IMG/VR virus record: IMGVR_UViG_3300037067_021792
DNA length: 64,000 nucleotides
DNA from: a virus
Taxonomy: Duplodnaviria > Caudoviricetes
Direction: 5' to 3' (one strand)
Shown: positions 28,569-38,496 of the stretch, in pieces
Position numbering within the stretch: position 1 is the stretch's first letter
How the letters are laid out: every line of letters begins with the position of its first letter
Translations under genes and position numbers: made by a program
Notes under the pieces: model-generated
Told to the model about the DNA's origin: nothing
Databases searched by the model: none
Seen by the model: the letters and a program-made list of their open reading frames with translations, nothing else

Positions 28569-29675
28569 ATGTCCAGAATGCACTATTGTATGAATGGAGT
28601 TCCTGTAACTCAACAGGTTGTAAAATACCAAAAGACCCATGATAACAGGGATTATTTGCCCATACAGTTGTATTATGAGAGGTATAAAGACAAGTGGTAT
28701 AACAAAATTAAAGACCATATTGATCGGGTTTCTTTTGATTCTGATTATGATTATCGTCTTGTAAAAGCGGTTGACAGCTTTAGTATGTCAAAAGCCAAAC
28801 TTATTGCAGATAAAAAGGGATATGGTTCTTTGGCCGCGTTTAACGGATGGTTTTACTCATGTCTTTCAAATTGGAGCAACAATATAATTACATCATCGTA
28901 TCGTATGAAAAAAAGGCCATCTGTTTCATGCCCAATTTGCGGTCGAATGGTGACAAATATCACTGAGGATCATTTAAAGCACTACAAAACAATTGGCGAT
29001 TTACCTAAATTTGTAACATGGAAAAATAAAATATACGAGGTATGCCCGATCCCTAAAAATGTCATAACATGCTGGGGCGATTATGCCATAACCAAAATGA
29101 GGAATCTGAATAAAGGCATTTCGAAACCTTATTTAAATGACAAACACAAGGTATTGTGGCCTTGGCATGATTCCAATGGTGACCCGCGGGTCATATGTCC
29201 GTTTACTCGCAAGATGGTCAAACAAATTGATGATGAGTATATTCAATCTTTGCCAAATGAATATAACCGATATTCAGAACACATAGAATGGTCATCATTT
29301 ATTGAAAAGTATCCTGGAACTTTACTTCACGCAGATATATATAGTTTAGACCATTTATCATCGTCTAATGATATATCTCTTGCTGACTATGTGTCTACAG
29401 ATTTAAGGGTAGATCAAGGGAATTCCTATATGGACTGGCAAATGATTAGGAATGGAGTAAGTAATACAAAATACGACCATGTGTTTAAAATTATTGATAG
29501 ATATGTAGATGAATCTGACAGAGATATATTCAAGCTACTTGCAATTGGTTATACTGTAGATGACATAGCTGACACTTTAAATATCGACAAAAAATCAATT
29601 AAGGATTCAATGAAAACCGCAAAAAGCCTCGATGAAATGAAGCAAATGCTGATTGAATCTTGTTGTATAATATAA
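28569..29675 (+). CDS. sigma-factor-like transcription regulator with internal Zn finger
   Basis: Region-2-like AFNGWFY..L.N, CPICG...HLKH, C-terminal HTH GYTVDDIADTLNI. Confidence 0.55.
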   Translation: MSRMHYCMNGVPVTQQVVKYQKTHDNRDYLPIQLYYERYKDKWYNKIKDHIDRVSFDSDYDYRLVKAVDSFSMSKAKLIADKKGYGSLAAFNGWFYSCLSNWSNNIITSSYRMKKRPSVSCPICGRMVTNITEDHLKHYKTIGDLPKFVTWKNKIYEVCPIPKNVITCWGDYAITKMRNLNKGISKPYLNDKHKVLWPWHDSNGDPRVICPFTRKMVKQIDDEYIQSLPNEYNRYSEHIEWSSFIEKYPGTLLHADIYSLDHLSSSNDISLADYVSTDLRVDQGNSYMDWQMIRNGVSNTKYDHVFKIIDRYVDESDRDIFKLLAIGYTVDDIADTLNIDKKSIKDSMKTAKSLDEMKQMLIESCCII

Positions 29676-29689
29676 CAGAGGAGAAATTT

Positions 29690-30205
29690 ATGAAAACCGA
29701 AGAACAAAGTATGCCAGATATAGTGAATGAAAACGAGGAAATTCAGAAAAATTTTGAGTCTTTTAGGGACCACAAATCTGATCCAGGTTTTTTGGTGGCC
29801 AAGGGTCGATTTGATGCCAGCAACGACGATGAGCGACAGGAAATGCGCAGAAAGCATGTTAAAAAACTTGCGTCAGCCATTTTTATGGCAATGACAAATC
29901 ATGGTTATGCGACAATTCGGGCTGTCGGACCATTTGCGAACGACAATGCTGTAAAAGCACTGACATTGGCAACTGGATATTGCGTTTCTAGGGGCATAGA
30001 GTTATGTTGGACATCATCCGAGTCTACAGGGAATCTCGGAAGACTCCGAAAAGAAGGGCATGTTGATTCAGTGAGTGCTACTTGCTATACAGTTAAAGAT
30101 TGGAAGGACTGGAAAGAAACGGACCTATCTAATATTCCCACTAATAATCTAGAGGATGAACTTGCTCGACGTAAACGCGCTGTAACTAATATAACAGGAG
30201 AGTGA
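29690..30205 (+). CDS. SpoVS-like (Alba fold) protein
   Basis: KKLASAI...G.ATIRAVG..A.DNAVKAL.LA.GY...RGIEL. Confidence 0.8.
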   Translation: MKTEEQSMPDIVNENEEIQKNFESFRDHKSDPGFLVAKGRFDASNDDERQEMRRKHVKKLASAIFMAMTNHGYATIRAVGPFANDNAVKALTLATGYCVSRGIELCWTSSESTGNLGRLRKEGHVDSVSATCYTVKDWKDWKETDLSNIPTNNLEDELARRKRAVTNITGE

Positions 30206-30798
30206 TGATGGAATATATGGATAAAATACCAGAATTTTTGCAGCCGGATTTGCCCGTTGATTATGTTTTAAGTTCCGTATTTGAAATCGAGAATGTAATG
30301 CTACATTTGGAGGAACTTGGGAAGAGGCTTGAGCACTTAAAGGGGCTCAAGAAATACCGAGCACAGACGATTGATCAGCAAATTCATACGATTGAGTCCG
30401 ACGTGGACTATTTTAGAAATATTATTTTGCGAACAATGCAAAAGGCCAATGAAAAAACTCTTCAATTCCCAGATGTTGGCAAAGTCAGTAGAAGAAAAGT
30501 TGGCGCTGGATGGTCTATTGAAAATGAAAATGATTTAATCGCATTTTTTGATAGCCGAGGAGAAAAGGGCTCGATTGTCAAAGTCAAAGAAGTGTTAGAT
30601 GTTCGAATTGCAAAGAAATTAGCTGAAACATATATCGAGTCTGGTGTTACAGTTCCTGGTGTGGCGGAAATCCCAGAAAGTGAAAGTATTAGCATATCAT
30701 TTGAAAAAGAAGATGCGAAGCCGCAACCTAAGTTATCAGTAAAACCAAAAAACAAGGCTGCGGTTGATGCGGTAGAATTCAACGAGTCTGAACTATGA
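30202..30798 (+). CDS. Gam/Gp157-like coiled-coil protein
   Basis: Coiled coil then KTL.FP..GKVS.RK, K.KE.LD, G..VPGV. Confidence 0.7.
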   Translation: MMMEYMDKIPEFLQPDLPVDYVLSSVFEIENVMLHLEELGKRLEHLKGLKKYRAQTIDQQIHTIESDVDYFRNIILRTMQKANEKTLQFPDVGKVSRRKVGAGWSIENENDLIAFFDSRGEKGSIVKVKEVLDVRIAKKLAETYIESGVTVPGVAEIPESESISISFEKEDAKPQPKLSVKPKNKAAVDAVEFNESEL

Positions 30799-31577
30799 GT
30801 AACGTCCATATTTTTGGTGGAGAGAAAAAAGATACCCCCAGCAAGAATCCATATGGCATACCTACAACCGACGATAATATAGGTGCGCCTGTTGTATCCC
30901 TTAATATTTTGTACGAATCACTCCCGGCAACGGAAGGGTGTGAAAATTGTCTATCTTGTCATTCAGAAAAGGATTGGTGTTGCCTTCATATTAATCCCAG
31001 TATGTACTACGTTGAATTTTTAAATGTTTGGAAAGAAGTCCAAAAATGGAGCAAAGAAAAACGACTCCAGATAATTTTGCGTGCGATTAAAAACTATTTA
31101 AGTAATAATGACAGCAAAGGATGTATTTTTTACGATTCAAAATGTTTGGTCTACAAATCTAGACCTTTGCAATGTAGGTTTTACGGTGTTATATCCGAAG
31201 AGAGCTGGAACAAAAGGTCGGAGTCTATAAAGAAGCAATATGATGTCGAAAATATGTCTGAAGAATTTAGGGCTAAATTAGTTCAATGTAATTTAGTAAA
31301 ATGCAAAGGTGAAGATGATTGTATATCAATACAAAATGAGAATAAATGGTTTATCCACGCTGCGAAATGTGAGGCCAGAATAGGAGTTAATCCTAAGACC
31401 ATATTAGAGCACGATGGTCCCAAGGGTTCTTACAGAACATTCCACGACCATATTATGCTAGAATTTTTTGAAAATGAGTCTCTGAATAAATTAACTCAAT
31501 TTAAAATGTCTATGCCAAGCGACGATGATATAGATAAATTTGCTAATATTTTAGTCGGGATGCTGAACAATGAGTGA
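30795..31577 (+). CDS. YkgJ-family Cys-cluster protein
   Basis: CxxC...CC, C.F....C.VY..RP.QCR.Y. Confidence 0.8.
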   Translation: MSNVHIFGGEKKDTPSKNPYGIPTTDDNIGAPVVSLNILYESLPATEGCENCLSCHSEKDWCCLHINPSMYYVEFLNVWKEVQKWSKEKRLQIILRAIKNYLSNNDSKGCIFYDSKCLVYKSRPLQCRFYGVISEESWNKRSESIKKQYDVENMSEEFRAKLVQCNLVKCKGEDDCISIQNENKWFIHAAKCEARIGVNPKTILEHDGPKGSYRTFHDHIMLEFFENESLNKLTQFKMSMPSDDDIDKFANILVGMLNNE

Positions 31578-32016
31578 GCCGTATCTAGTAAAATGTCTTC
31601 AGTCGAAATTTGATCCAGACAATGGTATGCTCGTATTGGACTGCCTGTTTGAGCACCAGAATATTCGGAGAATTGTTTATTTTTGCAGGGATGATTTTCA
31701 TTATCATGGGAATCCAGTGCCTGACAATGAGATGCACAAGACCGCATCCCTTTTTAAAGGAAAGCGATTTAATTTAGTAGTTGAAAATGATCCTGAACTG
31801 GAATCTCTTACTCCCGAGAAACAACAAGAGTATGCGGCGACATTCAACAGCAGAATTGCGCAAGAAATGAAAGATGTGCAGGAGGGGTTATCTAGCGAGG
31901 AAGGCCAAATTCAGCGGAAATTGGGTAGACTTATGGATGCCGGCAAACTAAAATTAGATGCAGGGACTCTTTTGGGTAAAGAGATAGCTATTAGAGCTAA
32001 GTTGGGTAATATATGA
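31570..32016 (+). CDS. hypothetical protein
   Basis: Coupled ORF. Confidence 0.7.
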   Translation: MSEPYLVKCLQSKFDPDNGMLVLDCLFEHQNIRRIVYFCRDDFHYHGNPVPDNEMHKTASLFKGKRFNLVVENDPELESLTPEKQQEYAATFNSRIAQEMKDVQEGLSSEEGQIQRKLGRLMDAGKLKLDAGTLLGKEIAIRAKLGNI

Positions 32017-32195
32017 TAAGCCAAGATGACGATGCTTTGATTGAGAGATGCAACGAATTAGAGGATCTATTGAGATGCGTTTTGGAAGATGCTCGTGCAG
32101 ATTATGAAGATGAGAAGGGCAAATGTTTTGTTTCTTCCGAGTTAATTGAGAAAATTTTTCGATTTCTTAATATTAAAGATCAAACTTTTGAATAA
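32013..32195 (+). CDS. small hypothetical protein
   Basis: ATGA overlap. Confidence 0.55.
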   Translation: MISQDDDALIERCNELEDLLRCVLEDARADYEDEKGKCFVSSELIEKIFRFLNIKDQTFE

Positions 32196-32198
32196 TAT

Positions 32199-32474
32199 AT
32201 GATAGTCCGTATTATAAGCTCGAAGAATTGCTCAAAATGTAAGGGGTATCTTTCTCGACTAGATAAACAGGGATTTAAATATCAGGTTTATGATTCTGAC
32301 GACCCTGCGAACAAGAAACAATTAGATGAATGGAGAATAACCGACCTACCTGTTATCCAAATTGTTGATGATGGTGGAAACGTTGCATATCCGTTTCCAG
32401 CTGGGACGTATTCCACTAGATTTATCAACGCAAAAATAGACGAATTAAAGGAGAGAAGAAATGAACAAAATTAA
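32199..32474 (+). CDS. glutaredoxin-like protein
   Basis: CSKC, I..LP.I. Confidence 0.75.
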   Translation: MIVRIISSKNCSKCKGYLSRLDKQGFKYQVYDSDDPANKKQLDEWRITDLPVIQIVDDGGNVAYPFPAGTYSTRFINAKIDELKERRNEQN

Positions 32475-32721
32475 AATCAAGTGCCCAACGGACGGGCTAT
32501 TAATGGCTGAAGCACAAGAGTTGTTTGATAAGTTATATTATATAGGATACATATCTTCTGATTCTTATCTTAGCACTTGGGGATTTGAGCCAGGTTTTGT
32601 TTTCGCTCCGGCAATGGAAACAGCAGCTGTTTGTTCACAGTGCAATGGAACCGGCATTGAAAAAGTTCAGCTTCTCACATCTGCCAGGGAATATCCGTGT
32701 TCTAAGTGTCAGGGGAAATAA
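32461..32721 (+). CDS. small protein with DnaJ-type Zn finger
   Basis: CSQCNGTG...CSKCQG; AAGGAG SD. Confidence 0.65.
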   Translation: MNKIKIKCPTDGLLMAEAQELFDKLYYIGYISSDSYLSTWGFEPGFVFAPAMETAAVCSQCNGTGIEKVQLLTSAREYPCSKCQGK

Positions 32722-34632
32722 GTGGATTTAAATCCCGAACAACAAAGTGCAGTGGACCATTTTTACGGGCCATGTTTGGTAACAGCGGTCCCTGGAAGCG
32801 GCAAAACGGCCACTCTGACATCCAGGGTTATTGAGCTTGTTAAAAACAAAAACATTAACCCGGGACATCTGTTGTGTTTGACTTTTACCAACAAAGCCGC
32901 CAACGAGATGAAGTCAAGAGTTGCGGATACTGTCGGCCGACTATCGGAAAAGATATGGATTAGTACATTTCACTCTCTGTGCTTAGCTGTTTTGCGTAAA
33001 TATGCAGATCGTGTTAATCTGACACCATCATTCTCGGTCTATTCGGAGAACGACCAAATAGAGTTAATGACCAAAGTTGCTCGTATGCATGAGTATACCT
33101 GCCAGCCATACCAAATTAAGCAGTTAGCCAAAATATCAAATGACTTCCGAGAAGATATAGAAGATTTTGATAAATATGTAGAACCCCTATCTATTATTGA
33201 AAAAGGGATACTAAAAGAATATTTGCATCTTTTAGATGAATTTAATGCTGTAGATTTTAGTGGAATATTATATAAAACATGGACACTGCTATCGAAGAAC
33301 TTAGATGTAGTGGAAAGATTACACTCTAAGTTCCAATTTATAATGATCGATGAGATGCAGGATACTAATACAATTCAATATGAGATCGTCAAGATAATTG
33401 CTGATCCTAAATCTGAAGGCGCTGGAAATATATTTTGTGTCGGAGATTTCTGCCAGGCAATTTTTTCTTGGAGGGGAGCAAAGCCAGAAAACATTAATTT
33501 GTTCAAAAAGGACTTTAAAAATGTATTGGAAATAATCTTGCCGAGAAACTACAGATCCACTAAGCGCATTTTAAGAGCTGCTCAGTCTCTAATTAGGAAT
33601 AATCCAGGTGCCGAGTCGGTCGAACTAATTTCAGATAAAGATGAGGGACATAAAGTTAATATTAATAGCCATACCTTTCCAGAGGATGAAATTAAATATG
33701 TTATACAAAACATAAAGATGTTGAGAGAACAATATAAATTTAATTGGAGTGATTTTGCGATATTATATAGAGTGAACAGTTTTAGTAAAACTCCGGAAAT
33801 GTTTTTGAGAAGTGCGGGCATCCCATATAAAATAGTAGGTGGATTCTCATTTTTTGACCGAAAAGAAATAAAAACCGCAATGTCGTATCTGTCGTACTTA
33901 TCTAACCCGCATGATACTGTGGCATTTGCAAGGGCCATTTCTTCGCCCCGCCGTGGGATCGGGGATGTGGCAATTGGCAAGCTAGAAAGAATATGTCACA
34001 AAGATAAGGTTGACATGATTGAATCCTGTAATCGTGCCAGTGAAATTAAACTTGGTGCGTCTGCTCTTAAAAATTTGAACGATTTTAATCATTTTGTAAA
34101 ATACTACCGAGATAAAATGCCAGATATGGGTATGTCTGAGATTACGACCGGATTTTTGTCAGATACAGGATATTATGGCGATATCCAAAAGGCAAGCCTA
34201 AATGATGCCCTGGAATCAAAACGAATAGAAAATTTAGATGAGTTTTTGAAAGGTGTATGTGAATTCGAAAAGCAAAAGCCAAATGCTAAATTGGGAGATT
34301 ACTTACAAAGTATACAAATACTAAACGATTTTGGTAGTGAATCTGATGAGGATGCAGTCACTATGCTGACTATGCACTCCGCAAAAGGATTAGAATTCCC
34401 GGTTGTATTCATCATTGGTGCAGAATCCGGAATAATACCTCATAAAATGGCTCTTCAGGAACGTGGTCCAGATGAAGAAAGAAGACTCCTATATGTGGGA
34501 ATGACGAGGGCACGTCGTATTTTATCTATAAATTACTGCACATGTAGAAGTGTATTTAATAAAAACGCCCAAAAGAACAGTATGATGAGATGCCGACCAA
34601 GCGAGTTCTTGTCGGAAATTGATGTTGATTAA
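32722..34632 (+). CDS. uvrD: UvrD/PcrA SF1 helicase
   Basis: PGSGKT, TFTNKAA.EM, DEMQD, NYRS, TMHSAKGLEF, EERRLLYVGMTRA. Confidence 0.95.
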   Translation: MDLNPEQQSAVDHFYGPCLVTAVPGSGKTATLTSRVIELVKNKNINPGHLLCLTFTNKAANEMKSRVADTVGRLSEKIWISTFHSLCLAVLRKYADRVNLTPSFSVYSENDQIELMTKVARMHEYTCQPYQIKQLAKISNDFREDIEDFDKYVEPLSIIEKGILKEYLHLLDEFNAVDFSGILYKTWTLLSKNLDVVERLHSKFQFIMIDEMQDTNTIQYEIVKIIADPKSEGAGNIFCVGDFCQAIFSWRGAKPENINLFKKDFKNVLEIILPRNYRSTKRILRAAQSLIRNNPGAESVELISDKDEGHKVNINSHTFPEDEIKYVIQNIKMLREQYKFNWSDFAILYRVNSFSKTPEMFLRSAGIPYKIVGGFSFFDRKEIKTAMSYLSYLSNPHDTVAFARAISSPRRGIGDVAIGKLERICHKDKVDMIESCNRASEIKLGASALKNLNDFNHFVKYYRDKMPDMGMSEITTGFLSDTGYYGDIQKASLNDALESKRIENLDEFLKGVCEFEKQKPNAKLGDYLQSIQILNDFGSESDEDAVTMLTMHSAKGLEFPVVFIIGAESGIIPHKMALQERGPDEERRLLYVGMTRARRILSINYCTCRSVFNKNAQKNSMMRCRPSEFLSEIDVD

Positions 34633-35384
34633 TGCAGAAATCAGCTACTCGAAAATCTAGGGATTTGCAACCAGAGTACGATCTGTTTGACCTGAAAAAT
34701 GTTCACGCGGGAAGCAAGTGCTTTATTTGTGGTGCAGGTCCTTCGATTGGATTTTTGAAACTAGATGAGATTCATAAACATGTGGTTATCTCCGTAAATT
34801 CATCAATACTATTAATGTCCTGGAAAAATGGAGATACAAAAAATAGATATTGGGTATCGAACGATTCCTTGTGCATGAAGTGGGACTATTTTTGGAAGTA
34901 TGTATTACGGTCTAAGTGTAATAAAATAGTGAGAACAAGTTGGTATCGGCAGGATGATAGATTGCGAGGACATAATTTTCGGTATTTTAAACCTCGGCTT
35001 TCGCAGAATCCGCCGCTATCTAATGATGGTAGCCGTCTATGTAAGGTGAGTTCTGTTCCAACGGCAATTGACCTGGCTATTTTGATGGGATGTAAGAACA
35101 TCTATTTGCTAGGTGTAGATCATAAATTGCTTCAAGGAAAATCTCATTTTTGGCAATTCTTTTCGGCCTCTCAAATGCCACAAAGGATAGATAAAATGGG
35201 TGTTTATTACGTTCCTGATGTTTATCAGCAATTGCAAACGTTCAGTGAAAATATTCCTGTCTATAGATCACTGCAGGAATTATCCAAAAGATCTGGTTCA
35301 AATATTTATAATTGTAGCTATAGGTCCGCCGTTGATGTGTTCGAAAAAATTTCTCTGGAAAAGGCTTTAACTGAAAATGAGTGA
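34632..35384 (+). CDS. Maf/DUF115 (MptE-like) putative nonulosonate transferase
   Basis: LKN.H.G..CFI.G.GPS, SVN, A..MG.KNIYLLGVD, IYNCS. Confidence 0.72.
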   Translation: MQKSATRKSRDLQPEYDLFDLKNVHAGSKCFICGAGPSIGFLKLDEIHKHVVISVNSSILLMSWKNGDTKNRYWVSNDSLCMKWDYFWKYVLRSKCNKIVRTSWYRQDDRLRGHNFRYFKPRLSQNPPLSNDGSRLCKVSSVPTAIDLAILMGCKNIYLLGVDHKLLQGKSHFWQFFSASQMPQRIDKMGVYYVPDVYQQLQTFSENIPVYRSLQELSKRSGSNIYNCSYRSAVDVFEKISLEKALTENE

Positions 35385-36168
35385 AATTGATTGGAATTCC
35401 GTGAAAGGCAAGTTAGCACCAGCACCGACGTTTTTTCGGTTTTACCAGGGAATGTATGAAATTAGGCCAGTTGGTCCTGCTATCGAATTTGACAGGTTTT
35501 TCCTACCTCATGATTTTTCGCCAAGAACAATATGTGTTGATAAATCGATCACGGATGAAATTGTTACATCCGCTCAAAAAATTTCTATACATTTAGCTCC
35601 GAACCGGAGGTATGCAATTAATGCAATTGATATGTCAAATGACCAATTAAAAGTGCTTGAAGGAGGAAAGTCTATTTTTTCTCCCCTGGCTACATGGTCA
35701 GTTAGTACGAATCGAGATCCGGGAGGATTCGAAGCTCCAGTATGGCAAATCCTGGTGGCAGGAGAAGGTATCGCTCGAAGATATTCAATGGCGCAATTGG
35801 GTTATAAACATTTACCGAGTAAATATATTCTCCATTTCGCACATCCGGAAGTATCTTCGAGTATTGATTTCTCTACTTTATATGATTTAAAATCTTCGTG
35901 TAAAATTATTAGCTCCATTAAAATGGCAAATAAAATTTTGTTTGATAAAGAACCCTCTAACTATAAATATTCGAATCTTGGGGACTTTTGCCCTAACTAT
36001 AAATATTCGAATCTTGGGGTCAATACATCTAGCAATAATAGCGATAAGCATGATTATGATGGAATAATAGATGAAATAAACGCATTGAACGAAAATCCGG
36101 ATGATATAATACCTCAGTGCAGTAGATTTACTGGATTCATGGATGATATAGATGAATGCGAAATTTAG
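35377..36168 (+). CDS. paralog of the gp32-like SSB
   Basis: Shares EIDWNSV, RP.G...EF, RYA.N.ID, LK.LEGG.SIF, GEG.ARRY with 25004..25639. Confidence 0.72.
   Translation: MSEIDWNSVKGKLAPAPTFFRFYQGMYEIRPVGPAIEFDRFFLPHDFSPRTICVDKSITDEIVTSAQKISIHLAPNRRYAINAIDMSNDQLKVLEGGKSIFSPLATWSVSTNRDPGGFEAPVWQILVAGEGIARRYSMAQLGYKHLPSKYILHFAHPEVSSSIDFSTLYDLKSSCKIISSIKMANKILFDKEPSNYKYSNLGDFCPNYKYSNLGVNTSSNNSDKHDYDGIIDEINALNENPDDIIPQCSRFTGFMDDIDECEI
35957..36019 (+). repeat. 27-bp direct repeat, 36-nt period (NYKYSNLG x2)
   Basis: CTAACTATAAATATTCGAATCTTGGGG at 35957 and 35993. Confidence 0.85.
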
Positions 36169-36884
36169 AGGAATTTAATCAAATACATCGGGGAGAATGT
36201 GCCTTTGTTTTGGGTAGCGGTCCCTCCCTTGCATTTCAGAATCTTGAACCTCTGCAAAAACATGTCACGATAGCTGTGAATTCATCTTACGTTGCCATGC
36301 CAAATGCAACATATTTTCTGTCTGATGACCACGATGTTGCCAATTGGTCATTTTTTGCGGAAAATTTACGAAATAATATTTCAACTACGGTTTTGCTTTA
36401 CGAAAACAAACTATCGCATGTTGTAAATTGGTTTGGAGGTCGGTCGGTAGTATTCCGGCATCGTACAGGATATAATTTAACCGATGAGTATGAGCACGAT
36501 AATTATAAAAATCATATTTGCCAGGCCCGAACAAGTCTTGGCAGTGCTATTCATGTCGCGCATATAATGGGGTGCGACCCTATTGTTATATTGGGCCTTG
36601 ATTGCTGTAGAACATCGGATGGTGTTCGTTGGTTCTGGCAGTTGCTCCCCAAAACCATGCATCCTAAAAGGTTGGACAAATATCCGATTGATAGATATAA
36701 GAAAATTAGGCGTAAAAATGTAATATCTGATATGGACCTCGCAGATATTTTAGATTATTGGAATATCAGATCTGATGAAATGAAAAAGAAATGCCGTATC
36801 ATCAACGCTTCCCCAGTAAGCACAATCGACTGTTTTGACCGAATGTCTCTGGATGATGTTTTTCGAATGTATAATATTACATGA
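36156..36884 (+). CDS. Maf/DUF115 (MptE-like) putative nonulosonate transferase
   Basis: H.GE.AFVLGSGPSL, AVN, A..MG.DPIVILGLD, IINAS. Confidence 0.72.
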   Translation: MRNLEEFNQIHRGECAFVLGSGPSLAFQNLEPLQKHVTIAVNSSYVAMPNATYFLSDDHDVANWSFFAENLRNNISTTVLLYENKLSHVVNWFGGRSVVFRHRTGYNLTDEYEHDNYKNHICQARTSLGSAIHVAHIMGCDPIVILGLDCCRTSDGVRWFWQLLPKTMHPKRLDKYPIDRYKKIRRKNVISDMDLADILDYWNIRSDEMKKKCRIINASPVSTIDCFDRMSLDDVFRMYNIT

Positions 36885-37615
36885 TCGATATTGATAAATT
36901 TTTATGTGTCATTCCTGCTAGATGTGGGTCTAAGGGTATAGCCAGAAAAAACATGCAAATTGTTGCCGGCAAACCATTAGTAGAACATTCAATTACACAA
37001 GCCATTCGGGATGGAATATCCAAGAAAAATATCGTTGTATCATCAGACAGCCAGGAAATTCTAGATTTAGCTCTCAGCCTTGGCGTTATGACTCGGGATC
37101 GTCCTGCTGAAATATCAACAGATACATCGTCTACTGAAGCATGCCTAATTGATGCATATTATTCTTACCCATTAAAACATAATATTCATTCAATAATTTG
37201 CCTACAGCCAACGAGTCCTATTAGATTTAAAGGGCTCATAAAAAGGTGTATGCGTGAATACGCCGATGGAGGATACAATTGCCTTGTTACCACAACAAAA
37301 CTAAATGATTTTTACTGGATAGAAAGATTTCACGAAAATTCTTATATGTGGTATTCAACTTATAATGTGCACGACAGACCAATGAAACAACAATTAAGTC
37401 GTGAAAATTGGAATTATTTTGATAATGGGAATGTTTACATATCGAATGTTGAGATGCTATTAGAAACTAAGTGTAGACTGGGAGATAATCCCCGTGTTTT
37501 TGTCATATCTGAATTAGAGGGAATTCAAATCGATACAATGCAACAACTGTATATGTGCGATGCAATACTACGATCAATAAACCTAGATGACATGCGGTTT
37601 GAGTGGGAGATATAG
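36881..37615 (+). CDS. neuA: acylneuraminate cytidylyltransferase (CMP-nonulosonate synthetase)
   Basis: IPAR.GSKGI.RKN, VSSD, RP.EIS.D, LQPTSP.R, IDT. Confidence 0.9.
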   Translation: MIDIDKFLCVIPARCGSKGIARKNMQIVAGKPLVEHSITQAIRDGISKKNIVVSSDSQEILDLALSLGVMTRDRPAEISTDTSSTEACLIDAYYSYPLKHNIHSIICLQPTSPIRFKGLIKRCMREYADGGYNCLVTTTKLNDFYWIERFHENSYMWYSTYNVHDRPMKQQLSRENWNYFDNGNVYISNVEMLLETKCRLGDNPRVFVISELEGIQIDTMQQLYMCDAILRSINLDDMRFEWEI

Positions 37616-38496
37616 TGACACTGCATGAATGCAAAATTGTCGCTGAGATAGGAGCATCTCACGCTGGGCAGATAGAACGTGCTAAGATACTTATAAAATT
37701 GGCCGCCCTGGCTGGTGCTGACTATGTAAAGCTTCAGAAAAGAAATCCCATTGAGTGCGTCCCGCCAGATTTACGACATAATCCTCATCCCAACAATCTT
37801 TTTGCTTACGGCAATACATATTTAGAACATCGAATTAATCTGGAACTATCGATTGAACAGCACAAAGAACTGAAACAGTTTTGTGAAAATATAGGCATAG
37901 GATATAGTTCATCTGTTTGGGATATGACTTCTGCCAAAGAAATAGTGAGTTTAAATCCAGACTTTATTAAAATTGGTTCCCCTACTAACGGCAATTTTGA
38001 TGTTATTAAATTTTTACTATGTAATTATTCTGGGCAAGTGCATATTTCTACAGGGATGTCGAGTTCTGATGAAATTTCTTCTCTTCTGCACTTTATCGCT
38101 TGTAATTGTGATAATTTGAATCGTATTGTGATGTATCATTGCACATCAGAATACCCCTGTCCGTTTGATAGGTTGTATTTGTTAGAAGTAAGTAATCTAC
38201 GGGAAAAAGCAGCGTTTACATGGAACAGACCCTCAGACGAAGTCTGTATAGGATTCAGTAATCATGGTTACGGGATTGCATCAGATATTGCTGCTTATAT
38301 TTTAGGTGCGGAATGGATTGAACGACATTTTATTGACGACAGGACATTTAGGCATTCAGATGCTGCGGCATCTCTGGAACCAGATGGGATGAGACGATTA
38401 TGTCGAGATATAAAAGCAGTTCGATTGGCGCTTTCTTATAAATCTGCTATTACTGAAGAAGAAATGAACCAAAGAAAGAAATTGAGGATAAACTAG
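37615..38496 (+). CDS. neuB: nonulosonate(-9-phosphate) synthase, no C-terminal SAF domain
   Basis: VAEIG..H.G, VKLQKR, SSVWD, STGMS, HCTSEYP, GFSNH, IERH, D..ASLEP. Confidence 0.9.
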   Translation: MTLHECKIVAEIGASHAGQIERAKILIKLAALAGADYVKLQKRNPIECVPPDLRHNPHPNNLFAYGNTYLEHRINLELSIEQHKELKQFCENIGIGYSSSVWDMTSAKEIVSLNPDFIKIGSPTNGNFDVIKFLLCNYSGQVHISTGMSSSDEISSLLHFIACNCDNLNRIVMYHCTSEYPCPFDRLYLLEVSNLREKAAFTWNRPSDEVCIGFSNHGYGIASDIAAYILGAEWIERHFIDDRTFRHSDAAASLEPDGMRRLCRDIKAVRLALSYKSAITEEEMNQRKKLRIN

